Below, piece after piece: positions 9,216 through 18,437 of a stretch of DNA of 52,280 bases. Each line of letters begins with the position of its first letter. The stretch's first letter is position 1. The notes under the pieces are model-generated. The model saw nothing but the letters and a program-made list of their open reading frames with translations. It was not told the DNA's origin and did no database searches. The position numbers and the translations under genes were made by a program. The stretch is from Candidatus Scatovivens sp. (GTDB lineage Bacteria; Bacillota; Clostridia; TANB77; CAG-508), in NCBI GenBank assembly GCA_045613965.1, contig JAZLBY010000099.1, positions 1-52,280 of the forward strand, in the 5' to 3' direction.

Positions 9216-11144
9216 ATGAAACAAGGAAATGGAATAATCATAGTAATTGTTCTGATATTAGTAATAGCAGCGGTTTCTATAGCTGGATATGCATATTTAG
9301 AGACTGATGTATTTAAAACACCAGAGCAAAAATTTGTTAAATATTTAGCAGGAAATTATGAAAGAATTTCAACATTTAGTTTATATCCGTTTGATGAGAT
9401 TTCAAAAAGAACTGCAACAGAAACATCAAAAATTGATATAAATTATAAACAAAAAATTGAGGGTATAACTTTAGTTGAAGGAACATCAAGCAATGCTGAA
9501 ATGTTATATAAGATAAGTACAATTACAGATCCAGTTGCAAAAAAACAACAAACAAATATAACTGGAAGTGTTTCTAATGTAGAAGTGTTTGATATGGAAA
9601 TGTTCTTAACAGATTCAAGAGTAGCTTTAAGAATTCCAGATATTCATGATAAGTATATAGCACTTGATACAAATAATATACATGCATTTACTAAAAATAT
9701 AGGAGTGCAAGAGCAATATATTAATAGTATCCCAAATGAAGTAAAAATATTTCCAAATTCTGTAAGTTTAAATGAAGAACAACAAAAAACTTTAACAACA
9801 GTTGGTTTAAAATACGGAAAAAGAATTTTAGAATTAATAGATGATGAAATATATGTAGAAGAAAATAAAGTTCCTTTAGAAATTGAAGGTGAAAGTTTAG
9901 AAGCAAATAAATATTCATTAACATTGACAATGGAACAAATAGCATCGATGTATACAACAATAACTTCTGAAATGTTTGTAGATCCAGAAGTTGAATCACT
10001 TTTTAAAATATATTTCCCAGATACAAATATAACAGAATTAAAAGCTCTTAATGAAAAAGTAATAACAAGTTTGAATTCATTAGATAAAACAGCAAAATTT
10101 ACAGTTGCAGTTTATGAGAATGATGGTATAACAAGAAAATCAGAATTTGTAACAGATAATGGAAGTTTTGATTTTTATATAACAAATGATTCTATTAGAA
10201 GTAAAGCTGTAATAACAGTAATTTCTAAGAAAACTGATATAATGCCAGTAGGTAATACTAATATAATAACAATTAAAAATGAAGTTCAAAATCAAACTTC
10301 TAATTTAACAATAGAAACAACATTAAGATATGATCAAAATGATATTACAACATTGAAAAAAGAAGCAGAAAATAATGGTGAATCACAATTTTATGATGAC
10401 AAATATTATGCTTCAATGTATAAAGATGCAACATCTAAAATATTAATAAGAAGTACAAAGACAGATAATGATACAATTAAATCATCATATACTATGTCAG
10501 GTAGTGCTGCTAAAGATTTAGGAAATTTAGATGTATCATTCATTATAAAATTAAATGATACATTAAAATTCTCAAATATTACTGATACTAATACTATAGT
10601 AGTTAATGATTATAAATCTGGAGACTATGTAATGCTTGGATTCCAAATGCTTGCTAATATGGCGGAAACAGCAAAGAATAAACCATACTCATTAGTTGGT
10701 GGATTTTATTCTTTATTCTCATCATTAACAGGTGGATTGCTTCAAGATGGAAATTCAAATGTAAATAGTGAAGAATTAAATCAAGTAGAAACAGAAATAA
10801 AAAAAGCATTAGAAAACATATTATTAGCATATAGATTTGCATCTAAGAATAGTACATCAGAAAATATATCAGATTATCTAACAGTAGATAATATAAAATC
10901 AAAATGTTCAGAAGAATTACAAGTAGATTTTTATGATGGACAAACACTAAAATGTACAATTAATAATAATGTATATTACGTATCATTTAGTATTAACGGA
11001 ACAACATTTATGCTTGAAAATATAGAAGCTAAATATTCATCAGATGGAACTTTTGAAGGAACAGAGTCAAATGCAGTAGAAACAGTAACAGAAGGGGAAG
11101 AGACAAGCTCATTTAGCGATATTTTTAATGTATTAGCAAGTTAA
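9216..11144 (+). CDS. membrane-anchored extracellular hypothetical protein
   Basis: AAGGGGG RBS before ATG 9216. N-terminal hydrophobic helix, then a long polar beta-rich body. No family recognised. Confidence 0.7.
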   Translation: MKQGNGIIIVIVLILVIAAVSIAGYAYLETDVFKTPEQKFVKYLAGNYERISTFSLYPFDEISKRTATETSKIDINYKQKIEGITLVEGTSSNAEMLYKISTITDPVAKKQQTNITGSVSNVEVFDMEMFLTDSRVALRIPDIHDKYIALDTNNIHAFTKNIGVQEQYINSIPNEVKIFPNSVSLNEEQQKTLTTVGLKYGKRILELIDDEIYVEENKVPLEIEGESLEANKYSLTLTMEQIASMYTTITSEMFVDPEVESLFKIYFPDTNITELKALNEKVITSLNSLDKTAKFTVAVYENDGITRKSEFVTDNGSFDFYITNDSIRSKAVITVISKKTDIMPVGNTNIITIKNEVQNQTSNLTIETTLRYDQNDITTLKKEAENNGESQFYDDKYYASMYKDATSKILIRSTKTDNDTIKSSYTMSGSAAKDLGNLDVSFIIKLNDTLKFSNITDTNTIVVNDYKSGDYVMLGFQMLANMAETAKNKPYSLVGGFYSLFSSLTGGLLQDGNSNVNSEELNQVETEIKKALENILLAYRFASKNSTSENISDYLTVDNIKSKCSEELQVDFYDGQTLKCTINNNVYYVSFSINGTTFMLENIEAKYSSDGTFEGTESNAVETVTEGEETSSFSDIFNVLAS

Positions 11145-11164
11145 ATTTATAGTTGATAAAAAAC

Positions 11165-11199
11165 AAAACGGAGGCTATCGTTTAGATTACCTCCGTTTT
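11165..11199. terminator. bidirectional GC-rich terminator
   Basis: AAAACGGAGG...CCTCCGTTTT between convergent genes. Confidence 0.8.
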
Positions 11200-11210
11200 A
11201 TTTTTGAGTA

Positions 11211-11648
11211 TTAGACTGCATAAATACTTTCTAAAGTGTAGACATATTTGTCTGTTTCGATTGACTCATCTGTAAGCTTAAATCCAACTTTTTTGGCTAC
11301 CATCTCGAGGCAGTCTTCCAAAGGAGGAACTACGGTCTGACATGTGTCAAATTCATTAAACACAAGTTTTAAAACCTTGAAGTTTTCTCTGGAATTGAAC
11401 AGATTGCGTCTAATCTTTTTAAGATATTCTACGCAGCAATCATATTCGTATGCACCCATAGGGAGCTTTTTAAGCGGATTACCGTTTTGCAGATCTTTTA
11501 GATACTCAGACATCGTTTCAGGATTGAAACTAGGGGCGAGACGATCACCCTTAAGAATACATGCGATCTCTTTGCTTGCATACACTATGATTTGCAAGTT
11601 TATAGAGTGCATGTGCCGGACGAAATTGAAAAAATTATTTCTTACCAA
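11211..11648 (-). CDS. hypothetical protein (GC-richer solo gene 1)
   Basis: 145-aa ORF, TTG start after an AGAGAGG RBS. Has its own promoter (TTTACA-17-TATAAT) and terminator. About 35-47% GC in spot-counted lines. Confidence 0.65.
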   Translation of the reverse strand: MVRNNFFNFVRHMHSINLQIIVYASKEIACILKGDRLAPSFNPETMSEYLKDLQNGNPLKKLPMGAYEYDCCVEYLKKIRRNLFNSRENFKVLKLVFNEFDTCQTVVPPLEDCLEMVAKKVGFKLTDESIETDKYVYTLESIYAV

Positions 11649-11684
11649 TTCGACACCAACCTCTCTAAAAATTTAGTCTTAACT

Positions 11685-11713
11685 ATTATAACATATATTA
11701 TGTAAAGTGTAAA
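11685..11713 (-). promoter_or_regulatory. sigma-A-type promoter of solo gene 1
   Basis: Minus strand TTTACA-ctttacataatatatgt-TATAAT (17-nt spacer, TG extended -10). Confidence 0.6.
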
Positions 11714-11782
11714 GGTTAGTTTATTGACGGCAATATTATATTGTGGTACTATTTAAAAAAGAAATTTATTATGGAGTTATAA

Positions 11783-12481
11783 ATGAAACTAGGTATACGA
11801 AACAGATTATTGAATTTACAAGATAAAGAATATCAAAAATTTAATAAAAAATTATGTCCAGATACAAATAGAGAAATGTTAGGAATAAAAATGCCTGCTA
11901 TTAGATCGTTAGCTAAAGAAGTTGCTTTATCAGATTCGAATTGGATAGAATATGTTAAAGATGAAAGTTTAGAATATTTTGAAGAAATATTAATACAAGG
12001 ATTAATTATTGGTTATAGTAAATTATTATTAGAAGATAAACTTGCGCTTTTAAAATATGTAATTCCTAGACTTGATAGTTGGGCAATGACAGATACAATA
12101 GTTCCAACACTTAAAGTAAAGAATAATAGTTTGAAAATATATTGGGATTATATACAAGAGTATATTAATTCGGATAAAGAATTTGAAGTTCGTTTTGCTG
12201 TTGTTTCGATGTTAGATTACTTTATTAATGATGAATATGTTGATGAAGTAATTAAAATATTAAGTAAGGTAAATCACGAAGGTTACTATGTTAAAATGGC
12301 TGTTGCATGGACTTTAGCTGAAGTTGGGATTAAGTACAATAATAAATTATTAAGTTTTATAATATCTAACGATAATAAGCTTGATAAATTTACTCATAAT
12401 AAAACTCTTCAAAAGATGATAGAATCATATAGAGTAACTGATGAACAGAAAGAGTTATTGAGAGAATTAAAAAGAAAATAA
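11783..12481 (+). CDS. DNA alkylation repair protein (AlkD-like HEAT-repeat family)
   Basis: LGIKMPAIRSLAKE, LDSWAMTD, EFEVRF and YYVKMAVAWTLAE motifs. Confidence 0.85.
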   Translation: MKLGIRNRLLNLQDKEYQKFNKKLCPDTNREMLGIKMPAIRSLAKEVALSDSNWIEYVKDESLEYFEEILIQGLIIGYSKLLLEDKLALLKYVIPRLDSWAMTDTIVPTLKVKNNSLKIYWDYIQEYINSDKEFEVRFAVVSMLDYFINDEYVDEVIKILSKVNHEGYYVKMAVAWTLAEVGIKYNNKLLSFIISNDNKLDKFTHNKTLQKMIESYRVTDEQKELLRELKRK

Positions 12482-12559
12482 AAGAGTTTGAAATAGTTGT
12501 AAAAATGCGAGATTTATGGTATTATATTTCTCGAGTTTATTAAAAAGGAGTTTTTAAAC

Positions 12560-13006
12560 ATGGAAAATGTAGCAGATGAAAAATATATAGAATTAATTTG
12601 TAATGGAGAATTTAATGCAATTCCTGATTTTAAAATTGGAGAATTATTTGAATCATTTTTTGATAATATAAATTACAATGTAGTTAAAGAAAACAACGAA
12701 GCATATGTAGATTTTACAGGTGATGCATTTTGTGATGATAAACCATGTACAATATTAATTAGATTTAAAATCGATTCAAATGTTGAAGAATTTGAAATTT
12801 CAGAAGTTAAAGTAGATGAAGATGTACTAAATGATGACGAAGTTTTAGATCTTTTAGAAGATATTGCATATATCGGAGGAGCAGTTATATCAGAAGAATA
12901 TTCTTCATGTTCTGAAGAATCATGTTCTCATTGCATGCATCATTGTGGAGATTATCATGAAGATGATGAAGAAGATGATGATGAAGAGGAAGAAGACGAA
13001 GAATAA
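12560..13006 (+). CDS. acidic hypothetical protein with C-terminal Cys/His cluster and poly-D/E tail
   Basis: AAGGAG RBS. Ends CSEESCSHCMHHCGDYHEDDEEDDDEEEEDEE. Confidence 0.75.
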   Translation: MENVADEKYIELICNGEFNAIPDFKIGELFESFFDNINYNVVKENNEAYVDFTGDAFCDDKPCTILIRFKIDSNVEEFEISEVKVDEDVLNDDEVLDLLEDIAYIGGAVISEEYSSCSEESCSHCMHHCGDYHEDDEEDDDEEEEDEE

Positions 13007-13124
13007 TTTTTGCTTTTAATTTAATATTAAACAATATTTAAAGGGAGGTATTTAAAATATCTCTCTTTTCTTTTGTAACTAAAAAAGGGTTTACAAAATA
13101 TTATATAAAAAAGGAGAAGATAAT

Positions 13125-13280
13125 ATGTTATTTTGTAAATTTAGAAAAATTATTGCTGGAATATTAATTGGATTTGGCATAGCTACTCTTCTAATATTAT
13201 TTCTTCCGCCAATAGCTTGGATGTTTATCATAGGAGTTGGAGCTTTTATTGGTGGTGTAAAATATTTACTAGGAAAATAA
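13125..13280 (+). CDS. small two-TM membrane protein (51 aa, not in ORF track)
   Basis: AAGGAG RBS. Translates MLFCKFRKIIAGILIGFGIATLLILFLPPIAWMFIIGVGAFIGGVKYLLGK. Directly upstream of the spoVM-like gene. Confidence 0.7.
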   Translation: MLFCKFRKIIAGILIGFGIATLLILFLPPIAWMFIIGVGAFIGGVKYLLGK

Positions 13281-13292
13281 GGAGGAATTAAT

Positions 13293-13370
13293 ATGACTAT
13301 AGTTGTAAAAAAAGTACCTAAAGCATTAAGAGGGATAGTTAAGTTTATATTCAGAATAAAAACTACATAG
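13293..13370 (+). CDS. spoVM: stage V sporulation protein M (25 aa, not in ORF track)
   Basis: Strong AAGGAGG RBS. MTIVVKKVPKALRGIVKFIFRIKTT resembles B. subtilis SpoVM MKFYTIKLPKFLGGIVRAML, including Pro9. Convergent with rpmB, as in B. subtilis. Confidence 0.8.
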   Translation: MTIVVKKVPKALRGIVKFIFRIKTT

Positions 13371-13393
13371 TTTTTATAAAAGAAAACAAATAA

Positions 13394-13423
13394 AAAAAGA
13401 GTAACTTTATTGTTACTCTTTTT
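13394..13423. terminator. bidirectional terminator between spoVM and rpmB
   Basis: AAAAAGAGTAAC-loop-GTTACTCTTTTT. Confidence 0.8.
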
Positions 13424-13452
13424 CTCTATTTAAATTAAATATGTTTCTAAGA

Positions 13453-13653
13453 TTAAACAGCTCTTTGAACTTTTCCAGAACGTAAACATTTAGAGCATAC
13501 TGAAACTCTTTTAACTTCACCGTCAACAACAGCTTTAACTGTTCTTAAGTTAGGTTTTACAGTTCTTGTAGTTCTTTTACTGATATGAGAACGTGTTATA
13601 CTAAGTTGTTTTCCAAAGCTTGTTTCTTTTCCACAAAATGCGCATTTTGCCAT
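13453..13653 (-). CDS. rpmB: 50S ribosomal protein L28
   Basis: MAKCAFCGK...FG...SH....R.VKPNL...VCSKCLRSGKVQRA. GGAGG RBS places the start at 13653. Confidence 0.95.
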   Translation of the reverse strand: MAKCAFCGKETSFGKQLSITRSHISKRTTRTVKPNLRTVKAVVDGEVKRVSVCSKCLRSGKVQRAV

Positions 13654-13842
13654 ATCTAAAGCACCTCCAATTAATTTAATAAACTGACTAAATAATAGTC
13701 TAACATAATTGTTTTGAAAAAACAAGACTTTTTTATAAAAAAGTTAAAAAAGTAATAAAAAAACAAAAAATTATTATAAATTATATTCAAAAAAATATTT
13801 ATATGATAGGATAATGATAGTATAAACAAAGGAGGAACTAAA

Positions 13843-14787
13843 ATGAAAAAATTAGGAGAAATATTAGCTGTTATATTAATATTAGTTTTAATAACAGTGG
13901 GATGTATATATTTATATAATGTTTTAACAGCTACAGAAACAGATGTAGGTGTTAATCCTCAAATAGAAGAAAGTAATGTAATGTTTACATTAGATAATTA
14001 TCCAAAAGTAGATGCATCATCTGCAACGCAACCTTTAGCAGATGCTTTCGTAGCAGCATTTACTGGAGAAGATAATATACCAGAAGAATGGTATGATTAT
14101 ACAAAAACACATCAAGCATATGTTAAATTAATAGATAAAAAGGCTGATGTAATTATAGTAACACAACCATCAGAAGATGAATTAAACTATGCTAAAGAAA
14201 AAGGTGTAGAATTAGAGGTTACACCAGTTGTTAATGAAGGTTTTGTTTTCTATGTTAATGCAAATAATCCAGTAAATAATTTAACATTAGGACAAATTAA
14301 AAAGATTTATTCTGGTAAAACAGTAAATTGGAATGAAGTTGGCGGAAATGCAGGACCAATTAGACCATTCCAAAGACCTGAGAATTCTGGAAGTCAAACA
14401 GGTATGCTTTCATTAGTTATGAAAGAAACACCTTTAATGAAACCATTAAAAGAAGATTTAATTGAAACAATGGAATCTATTATTAATTTAGTTGCAGATT
14501 ATGATAATGGAGAAAATGCAATAGGATATTCTTACTATTATTATGCAACAACAATATTTGAGACAATAGATGATGCTATTTCTTCAAAAATAAAATTATT
14601 AGCTATTGATGGAGTTAAACCATCTAATGAAACAATTAAAAATGGTGAATATAGTTTAAATACATCTTATTACATTGTTACTCGTAAAAATGATACAAGT
14701 GAAAATGCACAAAAATTAGTAAATGCAATGCTTTCTGCTGAAGGACAAAAAATAGCTGAGGAGGCAGGTTATGTCGGAGTTAAATAA
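13843..14787 (+). CDS. PstS-like phosphate-binding (PBP2-fold) substrate-binding protein
   Basis: VDASSATQPL, LTLGQIKKIYSG..NWNEVGG, FQRPENSGSQT, AIGYSY and AIDGVKPS motifs. N-terminal TM anchor. Confidence 0.8.
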   Translation: MKKLGEILAVILILVLITVGCIYLYNVLTATETDVGVNPQIEESNVMFTLDNYPKVDASSATQPLADAFVAAFTGEDNIPEEWYDYTKTHQAYVKLIDKKADVIIVTQPSEDELNYAKEKGVELEVTPVVNEGFVFYVNANNPVNNLTLGQIKKIYSGKTVNWNEVGGNAGPIRPFQRPENSGSQTGMLSLVMKETPLMKPLKEDLIETMESIINLVADYDNGENAIGYSYYYYATTIFETIDDAISSKIKLLAIDGVKPSNETIKNGEYSLNTSYYIVTRKNDTSENAQKLVNAMLSAEGQKIAEEAGYVGVK

Positions 14788-16498
14788 GAAAGAAAAGAAA
14801 CCATTTAAATTAAAAGTATGGATGTTATTTTTAATTTATCTTGTGATAGCATTATCAGTAACTTTTGTTCTTGTTTTTGTTAATAAATCAACTAAAGATA
14901 ATACTGATTTAGAAACAGAAGTATTGCCAATTATAGAAGATAATAAAGAACTAGAAGAAGTAAGAAAAATTACTTTAAAAGATAAATATGCTGTAAATAA
15001 TTTAAAAATTGAAACAATTTCTGAAGATTATGGAGAAATAGTTTCTGAATACGATTTTGATAATGATGGTATTTTTGAAGATATAGATAAAAGAATAACT
15101 ATTAAATACATACAAATTAGTGGATTGAAAGATAAAAATGTTGAATCTAAAATCAATAAAATAATAAAAGATAGAGTAGAAGAATTTAAGGCAGAATATA
15201 TGCAAGAGGATAAATATCCAGGAAAAGTAAATATTTATATTTCTACTTATTCTAATGGATATGGTAATACATTATCAGTTTCTGTACAAGCAATAGCATA
15301 TGAGGATATTACACGTGGCGATAGTTATTATTGGGAATCTGAGTGCCTATCTTATGTAGAGGATGCTTATAATTTTAGATTAGATACAGGTGAAGAGTTC
15401 TCGTTTGAAGAAATTTTTACAAAAGATGCGGATATTAATCATATATTATCTCAATCAATTTATGAAAGTTTAGTATCATCATTTAAATATGTTGAGCCAA
15501 CAGAAGACGGCGAATATATTTGGGATTTGGATATGGATAACGTAGATTATGGTCAAATAGAAGTGGATCTTGTAAGAGAAATAAATAGATTTAAGCGTAA
15601 TAAAGATAATCTTGTATTCACTTTATCAAATAGATATATAAATATACATTATCCAACAGATAATCCTGATGATTATACAGCTCTACTTCTTATAGATATG
15701 TATGATTTTGTTGAATATATAGGTATTTATACAAGATTTTTAACTGATGAAAGTTTATTTGAAGGTGGAGAATTAGAAGCTAAGACTTATGTATTTAGAT
15801 ATTGTGTTGAAGATGAATATGCATCTGGAATGCAATATGAAGAAATTAGTAATAATGTTTTAGTTCAAATGAGTTCATATGCTGGAGTTGGATATGAGCA
15901 ACAAGTAGAAGAAAGAAAATCAAAAGTAAAAAATTACATAATAAGAAACGCCGAAAAAGATAAGGTTTATATTTATGGAATATACGTTAGTGCTGAATTT
16001 AATTGGGAAGTTGCTAATGGTAATGTTCAAATAATGTCAAAGAAATTTTATGAAGAAAACAAGGATTATATTTTAAGATATTTGGATCATTCATATGAAA
16101 CTTATGAAGAACCAATGTACGATACAGAACAAATTGAAAATAGATATTTTGATATAAGATTTGATGAGAATAATAATGTAATCGAGTTTAAATATGATAA
16201 TGTAATTGATGAGATAGAAAGCGGAACAGATGAAGTTATTGAAGAATCAGAACAAGAAATTGAAGATATAACAAATACAAATACAATTGGTGATTATACT
16301 AATTCAACAAATACTGTTTCAGATACAGTTATTAATAGTAATATAGGTAATAATACTGTTATGGAAAATGTTGTTACAAATACAACAGTTACTGATAGTA
16401 CAAATACTACAGTAGAAAATACTACTATAGATGATTCGAGTAATACTACAATAATGGAAGGTTTTAGCTCAATAGATGTATCAAATGTTGTAGAATAA
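14771..16498 (+). CDS. membrane-anchored acidic protein, RsiV/PdaC (DUF4163/DUF3298)-like, with Asn/Thr-rich tail
   Basis: N-terminal TM. YIQISGLKDKNVESKINKII and YNFRLDTGEE...EEIF motifs. Overlaps the PstS-like gene, suggesting translational coupling. Confidence 0.55.
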   Translation: MSELNKKEKKPFKLKVWMLFLIYLVIALSVTFVLVFVNKSTKDNTDLETEVLPIIEDNKELEEVRKITLKDKYAVNNLKIETISEDYGEIVSEYDFDNDGIFEDIDKRITIKYIQISGLKDKNVESKINKIIKDRVEEFKAEYMQEDKYPGKVNIYISTYSNGYGNTLSVSVQAIAYEDITRGDSYYWESECLSYVEDAYNFRLDTGEEFSFEEIFTKDADINHILSQSIYESLVSSFKYVEPTEDGEYIWDLDMDNVDYGQIEVDLVREINRFKRNKDNLVFTLSNRYINIHYPTDNPDDYTALLLIDMYDFVEYIGIYTRFLTDESLFEGGELEAKTYVFRYCVEDEYASGMQYEEISNNVLVQMSSYAGVGYEQQVEERKSKVKNYIIRNAEKDKVYIYGIYVSAEFNWEVANGNVQIMSKKFYEENKDYILRYLDHSYETYEEPMYDTEQIENRYFDIRFDENNNVIEFKYDNVIDEIESGTDEVIEESEQEIEDITNTNTIGDYTNSTNTVSDTVINSNIGNNTVMENVVTNTTVTDSTNTTVENTTIDDSSNTTIMEGFSSIDVSNVVE

Positions 16499-16516
16499 TC
16501 AAAAATATTAAAAAAG

Positions 16517-16560
16517 ATACAGTTGTTTACATAAAAGTAGACAACTGTATTGACTTTTTT
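16517..16560 (+). terminator. intrinsic terminator overlapping the next -35 box
   Basis: ATACAGTTGTTTAC-loop-GTAGACAACTGTAT, then TGACTTTTT. Confidence 0.65.
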
Positions 16561-16614
16561 AAAAAAAGTAGATATAATAATAGTTGTAGTAAGAGAGGTT
16601 GAAGGGAGAAAAAT

Positions 16615-17049
16615 ATGCTAGCTAAATTATGGAAAAAAGTTTTATTAGCTGTATGTATAATAGCTTGTTTATTTAATATAGTATCTAAGATTGTTAACAG
16701 ACATTCTTTAGAAGTAAACTTAGAAAGTGTTAATGACGGAAGTGTTGTATTTAACTTATCTAAAGATGAGGAGAAACAACAAGTTGATTCAAATGTAATC
16801 GAAGGCGTTGTTAATAATGAACAATCTACACAAAACGTTGTAGAGCAGCCATCTGTAACTACAGAAGGAACTACAGTTCAAAATACAACAGTTGAAAATA
16901 CAGTTGTAGAAGGAGCTGTAACAGAACAAGCTCCAGTTGAAAATACAACTCAAGAAGGCGCGCAAAATGAATCAGGAGATAGAACTGTTAAATATAGTGA
17001 AGGTCTTTTTGATAAAGTATTAGATTTTATGGGATTACAAAGAAAGTAA
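16615..17049 (+). CDS. membrane-anchored low-complexity hypothetical protein
   Basis: AAGGGAG RBS. N-terminal hydrophobic segment followed by a T/E/N/V-rich stalk. Confidence 0.7.
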   Translation: MLAKLWKKVLLAVCIIACLFNIVSKIVNRHSLEVNLESVNDGSVVFNLSKDEEKQQVDSNVIEGVVNNEQSTQNVVEQPSVTTEGTTVQNTTVENTVVEGAVTEQAPVENTTQEGAQNESGDRTVKYSEGLFDKVLDFMGLQRK

Positions 17050-17135
17050 AAAATATAAAAAAAGCTTGCAATCAAAAAAATATTGTGTTATTATATAAAA
17101 GATTGTTTTAAAAATGTAGGAAAGAGGTGAATTGC

Positions 17136-17336
17136 ATGAAAGCAGAAATACAACCAAAATATACAGCTTCTAAAATTATTTGTGCATGTGGAAATGTAAT
17201 GGAAACAAATTCAACAAAACCAGAAATGAAAGTTGATGTTTGCTCTAAATGTCATCCATACTGGACAGGAAGCTTAAAACAAAACACTACAGGTGGTAGA
17301 GCAGATAAATTTAAGAAAAAATACGGTATGGCTTAA
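17136..17336 (+). CDS. rpmE: 50S ribosomal protein L31 (Zn-binding type)
   Basis: MKAEIQPKY...CACGN...DVCSKCHPYWTG...GGRADKFKKKYG. GAGGTG RBS favours ATG 17136. Confidence 0.95.
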   Translation: MKAEIQPKYTASKIICACGNVMETNSTKPEMKVDVCSKCHPYWTGSLKQNTTGGRADKFKKKYGMA

Positions 17337-17374
17337 TTCATATCGAATATATAAAAATTTATTGCGCAATAAAA

Positions 17375-17403
17375 AATTCCTAGGTATTAACCTAGGATTT
17401 TTT
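17375..17403 (+). terminator. terminator after rpmE
   Basis: TCCTAGGT-loop-ACCTAGGA followed by a T-tract. Confidence 0.8.
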
Positions 17404-17479
17404 GTTTTTTATATTGTTTCAAAAGATATATAATGATAAAATAAATTAAAATTAAATTTATTTTAGTGAGGATACAGAT

Positions 17480-18352
17480 ATGTTTAATGATTTTGAAGGA
17501 TTTAAAAGAATAAAAAATACAGTTAATTTAACAATAGATGGAATTTATGAGGTATTAGAAACATACCAAAAAGAAATGGGAGAAATGAAATTTTTAACTA
17601 ATTTAGGTGTTAAAAAGATTTTAGTTAAACTTGCTGGGAAATATGATGCTGAAATTAAAATTAGTGGAAAACATATCATTATTGAAAGAATTTTAGAAGA
17701 AGGCGAAGAAAAAGATAATGAGCCATCAGTTGAAGAAGGCAAAAAAATAGAAATGGCTCAAGCAGATAGAATGATTGATCAAATATCTGAGTTATTACAA
17801 GATTATATTAAAAATGGTAGAGTTAGTGAACATATTACAGCTACAAAAAGAACATTAGTAATGGAAGAAAAAGAAAAGAAAAATCTTGGAGGTCTACTTC
17901 CATCTACAAAAATATTTGTAATTAAAGATGTTAACAACAATCCTGTATATGAAATATCAGACAAAAAAATTAATAAAGTGTATTCTATTAAAAACTTATC
18001 TAATAAAATGGAAGTAGTTAGTGTTAGTTATGAAAAAATGGATAATGATATTTTTGCAATTCAAGAGAAACCATTTAGAATAACTGAAATGAAATTAGAT
18101 ACAACATCAGTAAAAACAAGATTTATATCTTTAGGAAATGATAGAGAGATAAAAATAACAGCAGATTATACAGATAATCATTATACTGTTGAGTTAAAAG
18201 AAATAGTGATTGGAGCGTTTGATTGTTTAGATCCTAAAATTAAGAAAGAGTATAGAATAGAAATTAATGATATTAGCAATATAAATTTAGTTATTGCATC
18301 TGCAGTTTTAATAGATGAATTTTTAGAAAAAACAATGTTAAATACAAAATAA
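17480..18352 (+). CDS. hypothetical protein, C-terminal half possibly LURP-one/tubby-C-like
   Basis: GAGG RBS. The C-terminal run of beta-strands ending in a hydrophobic helix (LVIASAVLIDE) is typical of that fold. Confidence 0.5.
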   Translation: MFNDFEGFKRIKNTVNLTIDGIYEVLETYQKEMGEMKFLTNLGVKKILVKLAGKYDAEIKISGKHIIIERILEEGEEKDNEPSVEEGKKIEMAQADRMIDQISELLQDYIKNGRVSEHITATKRTLVMEEKEKKNLGGLLPSTKIFVIKDVNNNPVYEISDKKINKVYSIKNLSNKMEVVSVSYEKMDNDIFAIQEKPFRITEMKLDTTSVKTRFISLGNDREIKITADYTDNHYTVELKEIVIGAFDCLDPKIKKEYRIEINDISNINLVIASAVLIDEFLEKTMLNTK

Positions 18353-18371
18353 AAGCATATAAAATGCGAAT

Positions 18372-18420
18372 AAGCCTATGCACGACCCGTACTTACGGGT
18401 ATATTGTGCATAGGCTTTTT
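18372..18420. terminator. long compound GC-rich hairpin, bidirectional terminator
   Basis: AAGCCTATGCAC-[ACCCGTA..TACGGGT]-GTGCATAGGCTT followed by TTT. Confidence 0.8.
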
Positions 18421-18437
18421 CATTCAGGTGTCTCTAA

